The translations under genes were made by a program, and so were the position numbers. The notes under the pieces are model-generated. The model searched no databases. It saw only the letters and a program-made list of their open reading frames with translations, and was not told the origin of the DNA. This document shows positions 38,386-46,677 of a stretch of 64,000 bases of DNA, one piece after another; position 1 is the first letter of the stretch; the number at the start of each line of letters is the position of its first letter. The DNA comes from Patescibacteria group bacterium (GTDB taxonomy: Bacteria; Patescibacteriota; Microgenomatia; UBA8517): NCBI GenBank assembly GCA_018823885.1, contig JAHJHG010000001.1, positions 108,645 to 172,644 on the forward strand. The letters are read 5' to 3'.

Positions 38386-38423
38386 ATTGACAGGATTATA
38401 GCATTTCCTATCTACAGGCTTGT

Positions 38424-38645
38424 TTGTTTCCTTCTTTTCTGATAAAATTTCAAACCGTGAAGGGTGTAATAAAGTACCTTAAAGAGGTAAGAACCGAATT
38501 AAGCAAGGTTATCTGGCCAAAAAAAGAGCAGGTAATTAAACTTACTTTGATTGTTTTTATCATCTCAGGAGCGATTGGTCTTTATGTGGGCGTATTAGAC
38601 TTTTCCTTCACAAAACTACTTGAATTATTATTAGTCAGACAATAA
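38424..38645 (+). CDS. secE: preprotein translocase subunit SecE (start uncertain: TTG at 38424 or GTG at about 38457)
   Basis: ...KYLKEVRTELSKVIWPKKEQV... followed by a single TM helix. Immediately precedes nusG. Confidence 0.7.
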   Translation: MFPSFLIKFQTVKGVIKYLKEVRTELSKVIWPKKEQVIKLTLIVFIISGAIGLYVGVLDFSFTKLLELLLVRQ

Positions 38646-38665
38646 GCTGGCTATATATCACCAAC

Positions 38666-39286
38666 ATGAATAAAACCAAAGACACTAAAGATGCCGTTAG
38701 TGAGCGTGGCGTAGGGACAAAAAAAATCCCAGGTCACATCGTTATTAATGATAAGAAAAACTCTAAAGCAAAATGGTACGTCGTCCACACAACGTCCGGT
38801 CATGAAGTACGAGTGGCAGAAACATTAAGGCAAAGGGTTGAAACAATGAATCTAAAAGATAGTATTTTTGAAATTCTCGTGCCCACCCAGGATAGAGTGG
38901 TCATAAGAGGAGGCAAAAAAGCAACCGTAAAGGAAAAAATCTTCCCAGGATATATGTTAGTAAAAATGATTCTTGATGATCCAACCTGGCTTGCCGTTAG
39001 GACCACACCTGGTATTACGGGATTCGTGGGTGCAGGAAGTAAACCAACACCCCTCTCTGAAAAAGAAGTTGACAATATTCAAAAATTCGTTTCAGCGCCT
39101 GCAAAAAGATTCAAAACGAAGTTTTCTGTTGGTGAAGCTGTAAAAATCACAGACGGCCCATTTTCAGATTTCTTAGGAACAATTGATGACATTGACGAAG
39201 AAAAAGGAAAAGTAAAAGTATTAGTCTCAATCTTTGGTCGAGAAACCCCGGTTGAACTAGATTTCCTTCAGATTGCCAAAGCCTAA
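38666..39286 (+). CDS. nusG: transcription termination/antitermination factor NusG
   Basis: NGN domain (KWYVVHTTSGHE...) and C-terminal KOW (FSVGEAVKITDGPFSDFLGTIDDID...). Confidence 0.85.
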   Translation: MNKTKDTKDAVSERGVGTKKIPGHIVINDKKNSKAKWYVVHTTSGHEVRVAETLRQRVETMNLKDSIFEILVPTQDRVVIRGGKKATVKEKIFPGYMLVKMILDDPTWLAVRTTPGITGFVGAGSKPTPLSEKEVDNIQKFVSAPAKRFKTKFSVGEAVKITDGPFSDFLGTIDDIDEEKGKVKVLVSIFGRETPVELDFLQIAKA

Positions 39287-39307
39287 TCTCCCAAAACCCG
39301 CATTGTA

Positions 39308-39946
39308 CTATTTCCCTAGGTTGTGTCTTTCCTTGAAAACAATACTTGAAGTATCAAATACGAATCGCATTGTTTCTTCTCCTTCTTTTTGAAAAGTAAT
39401 GTCTCCTGCTCCTATCCTAATGCATCCAAGTCCGTAGAGTGTTCCATTGATGCTTGATCTCACTTTTTCGGGCATTTCTGGCGTTGCCGGAAAAACAAGC
39501 CAGTTTGCATCAGGATTAATCATCTTTTTCTCACCATTGGGCCCAACTATTTCTGCCTTTGATGTACTCTGCTCGTCAGCTTCTCTTAACACAATGTATG
39601 GATTCTCGATGAAAAATTCTTCTCCTTCATTAATCCCTTCAATCTCTGTTTCTTCCCTCATATTAGTTGTCACTAGGCCTTTCTCAGGCTGATTCTTCCA
39701 AACAGTGGGTGCACTATGTATAGAAGCCCCTTCTCTAACAAACACTTTGCCTACAAAATATGAGTGGTAACCCGGAAACAGCTCCTTTCCTCCAATAAAC
39801 TCCTCCAACCTTTTCGGATTATTTAAATCCCACTTCTTCTCCGATAGAAAATCTACAACCTCTATGGCCGCAGCTACACCTATACCTAGCGCCGCTACTT
39901 TTAAAGCACCTCTTCTAGATAGCTCTTTCCCTTCTCCTCCACTCAT
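39308..39946 (-). CDS. membrane-anchored hypothetical protein inserted between nusG and rplK
   Basis: 212 aa with a signal anchor (ALKVAALGIGVAAAIEVV). No motif recognised. Opposite strand to the flanking operon. Confidence 0.4.
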   Translation of the reverse strand: MSGGEGKELSRRGALKVAALGIGVAAAIEVVDFLSEKKWDLNNPKRLEEFIGGKELFPGYHSYFVGKVFVREGASIHSAPTVWKNQPEKGLVTTNMREETEIEGINEGEEFFIENPYIVLREADEQSTSKAEIVGPNGEKKMINPDANWLVFPATPEMPEKVRSSINGTLYGLGCIRIGAGDITFQKEGEETMRFVFDTSSIVFKERHNLGK

Positions 39947-40118
39947 GATTTCACCTTAGCATAAAATATGCTTCTATTAAATCCTGCGCTTTACTTTTAA
40001 AGGATATTTAGCTAAAATTCTTTCTACCTCGTTAAGGTTTTGCTTTCTCGAGGAAGATATACAAATATCGAAAGCTTCTTAAGTAAACTAGCTTCCCGAT
40101 ATTTATTGTTTCACTAAT

Positions 40119-40550
40119 ATGGCTGCAAAAAAGATATTAACGACCCTAAAAGTTAACTTACCTGCAGGAGAAGCCTCTCCAGCTCCCCCTCTTGGTCCTG
40201 CATTGGGACAACATGGGGTAGCCATCATGGATTTCGTTAAAGCATACAACGAAAAAACAGCCGATATGAAAGGCAACATTGTACCTGCCATTATCACAAT
40301 TTACGAAAACAGAAGTTTTGAGTTTGAAATTAAAAAAGCTCCAGTTTCAGACATGATAAAGAAAAAGCTTGGTCTTGAAAAAGGTTCCAGCACTGCGCCA
40401 AGAGATATTGTCGGAAAACTAACACAAAAGGATCTTGAAGAAATCGCCAAAGAAAAAATGGACGATTTAAACACTGAAGATATTGACGCTGCCAAGAAAA
40501 TCGTAGCGGGCTCGGCAAGAAGTATGGGCATAGAAGTTGAGGAAAAATAA
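40119..40550 (+). CDS. rplK: 50S ribosomal protein L11
   Basis: ...PAGEASPAPPLGPALGQHGVAIMDFVKAYN... canonical L11. Confidence 0.9.
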   Translation: MAAKKILTTLKVNLPAGEASPAPPLGPALGQHGVAIMDFVKAYNEKTADMKGNIVPAIITIYENRSFEFEIKKAPVSDMIKKKLGLEKGSSTAPRDIVGKLTQKDLEEIAKEKMDDLNTEDIDAAKKIVAGSARSMGIEVEEK

Positions 40551-40554
40551 TATC

Positions 40555-41358
40555 ATGGGCAAAACAAAAACAGCAATTATCAGCGGTGAACTTGAGCCAG
40601 AAGTCTCAAAAGGCAAAGGTAAAAAAAAGGGAAAGAAACAAAAATCTTCTAAAGAAAAAAAGGGCGTAAAGGTTCCTGGACTTAAGGGGGGCGAAAGAGT
40701 GGTTGCTGTGGAAGCTGAGCCAATTGCTGAAACAGAAGAAAAAGGAAAAACAACAAAGGAAATAGAAAGAAAAGTTAAGGTTCGGGGTAAAAAATACATA
40801 GAAGCTCAGACTAAAGTTAACAAAACCAAACTGTATCCGCTTACCGAGGCCATCAAACTTGTTAAAGAAACATCATATTCCACCTTTGATGGTACTATTA
40901 ATCTCCACGTAGTTGTTAAAAAAGCAGGAATATCAGCTAATGCCTTGTTGCCTCATTCAACCGGCAAAGAGAAAAAAATTGAAGTGGCAAAAGAGAGCAC
41001 AATCAAGAAACTTGAAAAAGGCAATGTTGATTTTGATATTTTATTAGCAACAGCCGATATGATGCCCAAACTTGTTCCTTTTGCAAAAATACTAGGACCT
41101 AAGGGTCTTATGCCAAACCCCAAAACCGGAACATTAATTAAAGATATTAAAGAAGCCAACAAATTTTCTGCGAACAAAATTAACCTGAAAACAGAGAAAA
41201 AGGCCCCTCTCATCCACACACCTGTTGGCAAAGTCAGTTCAAAAGAAAAAGATTTGTCTGAAAATATCGAAGCTGTACTAAACGGAATAGGAAAGAGACA
41301 AATTATTAAAGCTTATCTTGCCCCCACGATGGGACCATCCGTTAAAGTCCAAATTTAA
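40555..41358 (+). CDS. rplA: 50S ribosomal protein L1 (with a Lys-rich N-terminal extension)
   Basis: The track start at 40537 is a TTG. The ATG at 40555 has a GAGGA SD. Core ...KLYPLTEAIKLVKE...FDGTINLHVVV... matches L1. Confidence 0.85.
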   Translation: MGKTKTAIISGELEPEVSKGKGKKKGKKQKSSKEKKGVKVPGLKGGERVVAVEAEPIAETEEKGKTTKEIERKVKVRGKKYIEAQTKVNKTKLYPLTEAIKLVKETSYSTFDGTINLHVVVKKAGISANALLPHSTGKEKKIEVAKESTIKKLEKGNVDFDILLATADMMPKLVPFAKILGPKGLMPNPKTGTLIKDIKEANKFSANKINLKTEKKAPLIHTPVGKVSSKEKDLSENIEAVLNGIGKRQIIKAYLAPTMGPSVKVQI

Positions 41359-41434
41359 CCGTCTACCTTTCTCAAATCCATTAATTATTTTTTGATATTT
41401 GTTTTTAAAGGGCTTTGCTTGTTAAAATGATATC

Positions 41435-42163
41435 GTGACGGAAAATACAACAAATGCTGAGGATAATTCTAAAATTATAAAACCTGTTGTTAAAGAGGTC
41501 TTAACAGGAGTCGATAGAGCTATGGATTCTATAAAGAAGGCGCAAAACGCAGGCTCTTGGCCAAAAAAGGAAATACCTCAGTCTCCAACAGTAACTAGCG
41601 ACGCCGTTGAGGAGATATACCCAACTGAGAAAGAGTATCCAAATCCAGAAGCGCGGGGAAAAATACTTAATTCTATACGCAATCAAGAACCAACAATTCC
41701 TCCTAAAATAAAAAAAGAGTTAACAGAAGAGGCCCACAAACTCGATACCGTAACGATGGGGACAGAAGGAGAAGAAGCTCAAAAAACAACAAAGTTGCCA
41801 AAAACACAACCATTTATAGAGGGAACAATCACTCCTCTTCCTACCCAAGCCCCAGAAACCATCAAAGCTCAAGGTGGCGCCGAACCACTAAAAAGAATCT
41901 TAAAAGCGCAAGAAAAAGTAGACAGTGAAAATGCGGCCTTGCAAGAAGATGCCGAGGCAAAAATGAAAGCAAGAATATTGAAAAAACAAGTAGAGGTTCC
42001 TTCTGAAGCAAAAAATTTTGTACCACCCTCACAGATTCCGTTCGAAAAACCAATTCCCCAGCCAACAATTGAGCCCACTCCTCAAGAAGCAACACAACCA
42101 TTGAAATCAGAGCGAAAACCTTTTCTCTCAAGAACATTTCGTAAAATTTTTGGCAAAGAATAG
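41435..42163 (+). CDS. low-complexity Pro/Lys/Glu-rich hypothetical protein inserted between rplA and rplJ
   Basis: 242-aa ORF. Compositionally biased and likely disordered. Confidence 0.35.
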   Translation: MTENTTNAEDNSKIIKPVVKEVLTGVDRAMDSIKKAQNAGSWPKKEIPQSPTVTSDAVEEIYPTEKEYPNPEARGKILNSIRNQEPTIPPKIKKELTEEAHKLDTVTMGTEGEEAQKTTKLPKTQPFIEGTITPLPTQAPETIKAQGGAEPLKRILKAQEKVDSENAALQEDAEAKMKARILKKQVEVPSEAKNFVPPSQIPFEKPIPQPTIEPTPQEATQPLKSERKPFLSRTFRKIFGKE

Positions 42164-42166
42164 CTA

Positions 42167-42289
42167 TTGATTTCTGCGCCAAGTTTTGGTATATTTTCTT
42201 TGTCCTAAGACAGCATGCATACAAATAAGACGTGTCGAGGCGAAAGCAGTTTGATGCGCCTCGTGCGCATTTTTTAATGGTATAAAACC
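42167..42289 (+). promoter_or_regulatory. sigma70-type promoter (TTGATT-17-TATATT) plus structured 5' leader of rplJ, a candidate L10 autoregulatory/attenuator leader
   Basis: -35/-10 boxes with 17-nt spacing. The leader contains a CGAGGCG...CGCCTCG hairpin overlapping a GCGC-CTCGT-GCGC stem followed by ATTTTTT (alternative structures). Confidence 0.4.
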
Positions 42290-42814
42290 ATGAAAAAAGG
42301 TCAAAAAACATTTTTTGTTGAGAACCTAGCCGAAGAGCTCAAATCGGCCAATTCTGCTGTGCTTATCAATTTCGCCGGAATGGGTGTAAAAACCCAGCAA
42401 GATCTTAAAAAAAGATTGAAAGAAGTCGATGCAAAGATGGTCGTGGTCAAGAACACTCTTTTTAAACTTGCAGGAGAAAAAGCCAAGCTCCCTAATAAAG
42501 CACTCAGCGACTCCGCTTTAACCGGACAAACAGCTCTGATTATTACTGAAAAAGACCCTATCTCTCCTCTTCAGGTCTTGGCAAAATTTACTAAAGAATT
42601 TGAGGTCCCCCACCTTAAAGTCGGCATTGTAGAAGGATTCTTTCAAAACGAAGAAGAGCTAACTAGACTATCAAAGCTCCCTGGGAAAGATGCTTTGGTT
42701 GCCCAAGTAATCGGTGCAATTGCATCACCCATGTATGGTCTAATCGGTACTCTACAAGGAAATTTACAAAAATTGGTTTTTGTTCTTAATGAAGCAAAGA
42801 ACCAAAAATCTTAA
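42290..42814 (+). CDS. rplJ: 50S ribosomal protein L10
   Basis: 174 aa. ...VLINFAGMGVKTQQDLKKRLKEVDAKMVVVKNTL... typical L10. Confidence 0.85.
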   Translation: MKKGQKTFFVENLAEELKSANSAVLINFAGMGVKTQQDLKKRLKEVDAKMVVVKNTLFKLAGEKAKLPNKALSDSALTGQTALIITEKDPISPLQVLAKFTKEFEVPHLKVGIVEGFFQNEEELTRLSKLPGKDALVAQVIGAIASPMYGLIGTLQGNLQKLVFVLNEAKNQKS

Positions 42815-42827
42815 GGAGGTGATAATA

Positions 42828-43253
42828 ATGGCAAATGATAAAAAAGAAACAAAAAAAGATCTTCCAAAAGCAGTTGAAAAATTAGTTGATGAGGTTTCAA
42901 AACTTACCGTTGTGGAATTAAGTCAATTAGTCGACGCCTTACAAGATAAGCTTGGTGTTTCAGCTATGCCAGTCGCAGCCGCTCCAGCAGGAGGTGCTAC
43001 AACAGAAGCAGAGGGTGCAACAGAAGACACCGCAGCCGGAGCCAACCAAACAGTGATTATCACTGGAGCTGGAGAAAACAAAATCGCCGTTATTAAGGCG
43101 ATTAGAGAAATAGATCAGAACTTGGGACTTAAGGAAGCAAAAGATATGACCGAAAATCTTCCCGCTGAAGTATTGAAAGATGCAAAGGCAGAGGATGCTA
43201 CCGCAGCTGCAGATAAACTTAAGGCAGCAGGAGCTACGGTTGAACTTAAATAA
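42828..43253 (+). CDS. rplL: 50S ribosomal protein L7/L12
   Basis: AAGGAGG SD 8 nt upstream of the ATG at 42828 (the track start at 42780 is upstream and in-frame). Ala-rich hinge, C-terminal ...KIAVIKAIREI...GLKEAKD..E..P..LKD.AKAEDA... domain. Confidence 0.9.
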   Translation: MANDKKETKKDLPKAVEKLVDEVSKLTVVELSQLVDALQDKLGVSAMPVAAAPAGGATTEAEGATEDTAAGANQTVIITGAGENKIAVIKAIREIDQNLGLKEAKDMTENLPAEVLKDAKAEDATAAADKLKAAGATVELK

Positions 43254-43282
43254 AGCTCTAATATCTTCCCAGCAAAGTAATT

Positions 43283-43321
43283 GGCGCGCAAGTTATCCTT
43301 TCGGAAGGTCGTTCTGCGCGC
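43283..43321. terminator. GC-rich hairpin (GGCGCGCA...TGCGCGCC) between the convergent rplL and a small membrane ORF
   Basis: 8-bp GC stem enclosing an inner CCTT-TCGG-AAGG hairpin. A U tract is absent, so it would be a bidirectional or weak terminator. Confidence 0.35.
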
Positions 43322-43346
43322 CATGTTGTTTCAAGTAATACGCTGA

Positions 43347-43625
43347 TCAAGGTACTGAACAGTAAAGCCCATATCCAAATGCTGTCAGCGCTAGGATTAT
43401 AAAAATGATACCTAGCCAGTAAAACCAACGACCTTTGTCATCCCACTTCGAACCTAGAGCTATAATAATCATGTAGAAACCTAATCCGACTAGGCTCAGG
43501 ATAAGGGTTTTTAACCACATTTCCAACACGATCGCCCAACCAGCAGCAATAAGTAATATCGTGGGCACAATACTCAGAAGATAAAGCCTTTTCTTCATCT
43601 TCTTTTCGTAAGTTTCCATATCCAT
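43347..43625 (-). CDS. small membrane protein (three TM helices)
   Basis: 92-aa hydrophobic ORF. Confidence 0.35.
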   Translation of the reverse strand: MDMETYEKKMKKRLYLLSIVPTILLIAAGWAIVLEMWLKTLILSLVGLGFYMIIIALGSKWDDKGRWFYWLGIIFIILALTAFGYGLYCSVP

Positions 43626-43708
43626 CTGAATCCTCCTTTGGAGTTAGATATCAGCGAATTATGCTAAAGAGCCTGATCATTGTAGCAAATTTGTGGTCTA
43701 GAAACAAA

Positions 43709-45760
43709 CTATGGGAGGTTCTCAAGTTCTTTTATTGCCTCATCTAAACTCATACCATCATCTAAAGATTTTTTAAGTTTTGGCCAGATTTTGTGTGCAA
43801 CAACCATTTCAGGCTCACGCACCTTGCTCAAATCGAACATTCCAAGTCGTTTCAAGTCTTGCACGGAACACAAGTCAATTCCTGCAATATATAGCAATTT
43901 TGAAAGACCAGATTTTCTTGCTTCCTCCGACATTAAAACTTCCGCAACTAATTCCTGCTCTATATAATTCAACTGGCTTGATGTGGGTAAAAAGCCACTC
44001 CTATCATTAAGCGCTGTATGCTTCCTAAAGATTCTTAGGGTCGAAGAGTATGCTTTTTGAAAAGTTTTGCCAAACAATTCCTCATTTACTAACAGTTCTT
44101 CCAATGTCATATTATGCTCTCTCCTCGCCCTTGCCTCCAAAGAAACTCTGAGACACTCCTTAAAACTACCTCCCCTGCTCTTTTCCCTTAGTATTGCGTA
44201 GTAGTATGGTTTGGCCTTGTTCTTAAACCCAACAATCGCATCCCTTGTATCATCCTCTACTTTCATCGATAGTGCTTCGGCAAGTATTGAACTTCTTCCT
44301 GTAGCTAACTCATCTAAGAGACCCAAATCACTGCCTAACCCCACCTCTTGATTTGCGTATCTCAACACATGCCCTTCAACCTCATGAGCTAAAACAGTGA
44401 CGGCATCAATCAAACCCCTATTAAAGCTTCTTGGAATTCTTACCTCTCTGACCTTTTTGTCTTTCTCTTTAAATATCACTATTAAAGTCCCCTTTCTATC
44501 CAAAACCACAGCGCTCCATTTTTTATCACCTTCGGTTAAGCCATATCGAGCCAAAATTACATCACATAATATTTTTGCTTGTTCTGCATTAACCTTGTGT
44601 CTGTTATATTCTTTATATTCTTCCGTTTTTTCCTGAAATGGCTCAGAAATTCTTGTCTTCGCATATTTGGCTAGATTATCTGGAATTGTCTCAAAAAATC
44701 CATTTTCTCCAATTTTCAGTCCAGTTCCTTTCAAGAAGTGGTCTATTCTTTCTAATGTCCTAGATGCTTTCTCGTACGCAAATCTATCTCCTTTTATCTC
44801 ACCTTTCACTCCCCTTAATATACTTAAGGCTTTCTCCTCTTTTCTACCTCTTTTTGATTGGGCAGCTAAAATTCTGCCATTGGCATACTGACCAGCGATA
44901 AGAACGTTTACATATCGTTGATAAAGCTCAAGAACAATCTGCTCGGCTTCGGCGAAACTGCCAGGCTCGGCCCTCAACTGTTGTCGTACTCTCTTTAGAT
45001 CGGATTTCAAACCACGATATCCTTGGAGTTTTTCAATCAAATTATCGATCTTGACTATCTGCGTTATTCTTTGAGGATTTTCAATTTTTGAAACATCACC
45101 ACCTGCTTTGATAACCTCATCTTTGAATTTATCTTTTTCCCAGTCAGAAGAATATCGGTTCATTCTCTCTCTTACTCTTTTGGGTGTTTTCTTTAAATCT
45201 GTCTCAAAAAATACCTTTTCAATAAACTCAGCATCAAAGGTTCCTTCATTCTCCTCGTCTGATGTCCTAGGAATATTTCCTTTAAAATTAAGTGGCGTTT
45301 CTGAAAAAAGGGCTTTTTGGAGCTTAGGAAATACGCTACCCTCCTTGCAATACTCTGCAAAACTACCCTCGTTTGAAACAACCTCCAATAAATCATCAAA
45401 AAAAGCTTCATATACTGATCGTTTCTTTTTTAAGTCTTTTAAATCAATATTGTTTTCTTTTGCTAGTCGTTTAATTCTCTGTTTTAAATCCTTATCGAAA
45501 TAGACTGCAGAAAAAAGCCGAGAGCCGGCATCAGTCGTAAAGGCTTCGGGATATATAACGTGATCCTCAACCGATGTTTCTTTCAACTTTTTTATTTCTG
45601 TAAAAAAGGGTTTCTCAAACATACGTAATTGACCTCTTTCTTTCTCAGTTAGTTGGAGCGGGGAAATTTCTTCTAAAAAATCTGGATGTCTAACTAATTC
45701 CGAAGGCCTTTGGGGATAAGGATAAACGGAAGGACCTCTTTTTTCTTTAGTCTCCAGCAT
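43709..45760 (-). CDS. large hypothetical protein, first gene of the ATP-grasp neighbourhood. Possibly related to the QEGLA-motif (DUF1704-like) partner proteins.
   Basis: 683 aa. Contains ...VLAHEVEGHVLRYANQEVGLGS..., which resembles the QEGLA-family region. Assignment is tentative, from memory of family descriptions. Confidence 0.4.
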   Translation of the reverse strand: MLETKEKRGPSVYPYPQRPSELVRHPDFLEEISPLQLTEKERGQLRMFEKPFFTEIKKLKETSVEDHVIYPEAFTTDAGSRLFSAVYFDKDLKQRIKRLAKENNIDLKDLKKKRSVYEAFFDDLLEVVSNEGSFAEYCKEGSVFPKLQKALFSETPLNFKGNIPRTSDEENEGTFDAEFIEKVFFETDLKKTPKRVRERMNRYSSDWEKDKFKDEVIKAGGDVSKIENPQRITQIVKIDNLIEKLQGYRGLKSDLKRVRQQLRAEPGSFAEAEQIVLELYQRYVNVLIAGQYANGRILAAQSKRGRKEEKALSILRGVKGEIKGDRFAYEKASRTLERIDHFLKGTGLKIGENGFFETIPDNLAKYAKTRISEPFQEKTEEYKEYNRHKVNAEQAKILCDVILARYGLTEGDKKWSAVVLDRKGTLIVIFKEKDKKVREVRIPRSFNRGLIDAVTVLAHEVEGHVLRYANQEVGLGSDLGLLDELATGRSSILAEALSMKVEDDTRDAIVGFKNKAKPYYYAILREKSRGGSFKECLRVSLEARARREHNMTLEELLVNEELFGKTFQKAYSSTLRIFRKHTALNDRSGFLPTSSQLNYIEQELVAEVLMSEEARKSGLSKLLYIAGIDLCSVQDLKRLGMFDLSKVREPEMVVAHKIWPKLKKSLDDGMSLDEAIKELENLP

Positions 45761-45771
45761 GTTTCATTTTT

Positions 45772-46677
45772 CTAAAGAGTGGACAAAAACTTAATAATTT
45801 CTCTTTCTACATTAAGTCCGGTGTCTTTTCTAACCGCTTCCCATCGAGGGGCAGAGTTCACTTCCAAAACAAAAAGTTCACCTGTTTTGTCAACCCTCAG
45901 CACGTCAACTCCTCCGATATCAATTTGCAAAGCCGATGCCGCTTTTATGGCCAGTTTTGCCTCATCTTCGGGAACTGGATTAAGTTGCTCACGTTTCCCC
46001 TCAGGAAATTCGCCATCTATTTTATCGATAAATCGCCTTCTCCAGCGGGTTGGGCGAGTAATTCCAGCTAACACCTTTCCCCCAACCACAAATATCCGAC
46101 TTCTTTGGGAAGATTCCGTAAATTCTTGAGCAATAAAATTCATTTTTTTCTTTTTTTGAAATTCCTGTAATTTCTCGTACAATTCATCTAATTCATTTTC
46201 ATTTCTCGGTGACCAAACCGCATGACCTTGCTTGCCAGTCGTTCCTTTTATTACGAAAGGGTATCCAAATATTTTTGGTGCCTTTTCTTTAATGTTGGCC
46301 AACTTACCAAAATAGGTTTTCGGTACTGGTATACCAGCTTCAATAAAGAGTTTCACTTCTACCGATTTGGGAATGGGGATGCGAATTAAATCTTCTCTTT
46401 CAAATACTCTGTCAACAACTCTCACTCCATGTTGTTTGCAGTGATTAACTAAAAGAGACACTTCTTCAAATCTCTTGCCAACAAGTCTTATATAAACAAC
46501 ACTAAAAGAAGCAATATCTTCACCCTTCACTTTTAAGATTGCTCTTCCCCCATCCGTTAAATATTCAAGATCAGAAAATGAAGCTGTTAGAAGTGGAACA
46601 TTAAGCTCTTTCGCTTCCTTAACAAATGGCTCTATGTGGCGAGTACCCCCGCCAACTATGACTAATATTTTGCTCAT
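45772..46677 (-). CDS. RimK-family ATP-grasp ligase (alpha-L-glutamate ligase-like)
   Basis: 301 aa, the same length class as RimK. ATP-grasp motifs (...FVIKGTTGKQGHAV..., ...GVDVLRVDKTGELFVLEVNSAP...). Confidence 0.7.
   Translation of the reverse strand: MSKILVIVGGGTRHIEPFVKEAKELNVPLLTASFSDLEYLTDGGRAILKVKGEDIASFSVVYIRLVGKRFEEVSLLVNHCKQHGVRVVDRVFEREDLIRIPIPKSVEVKLFIEAGIPVPKTYFGKLANIKEKAPKIFGYPFVIKGTTGKQGHAVWSPRNENELDELYEKLQEFQKKKKMNFIAQEFTESSQRSRIFVVGGKVLAGITRPTRWRRRFIDKIDGEFPEGKREQLNPVPEDEAKLAIKAASALQIDIGGVDVLRVDKTGELFVLEVNSAPRWEAVRKDTGLNVEREIIKFLSTL

Noticed and set aside
40537-40554. Track starts for rplA (40537), rplL (42780) and the small peptide (51644)
   Set aside because: These are TTG/GTG or upstream in-frame codons. 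ATG codons with proper Shine-Dalgarno spacing were preferred (40555, 42828, 51635).
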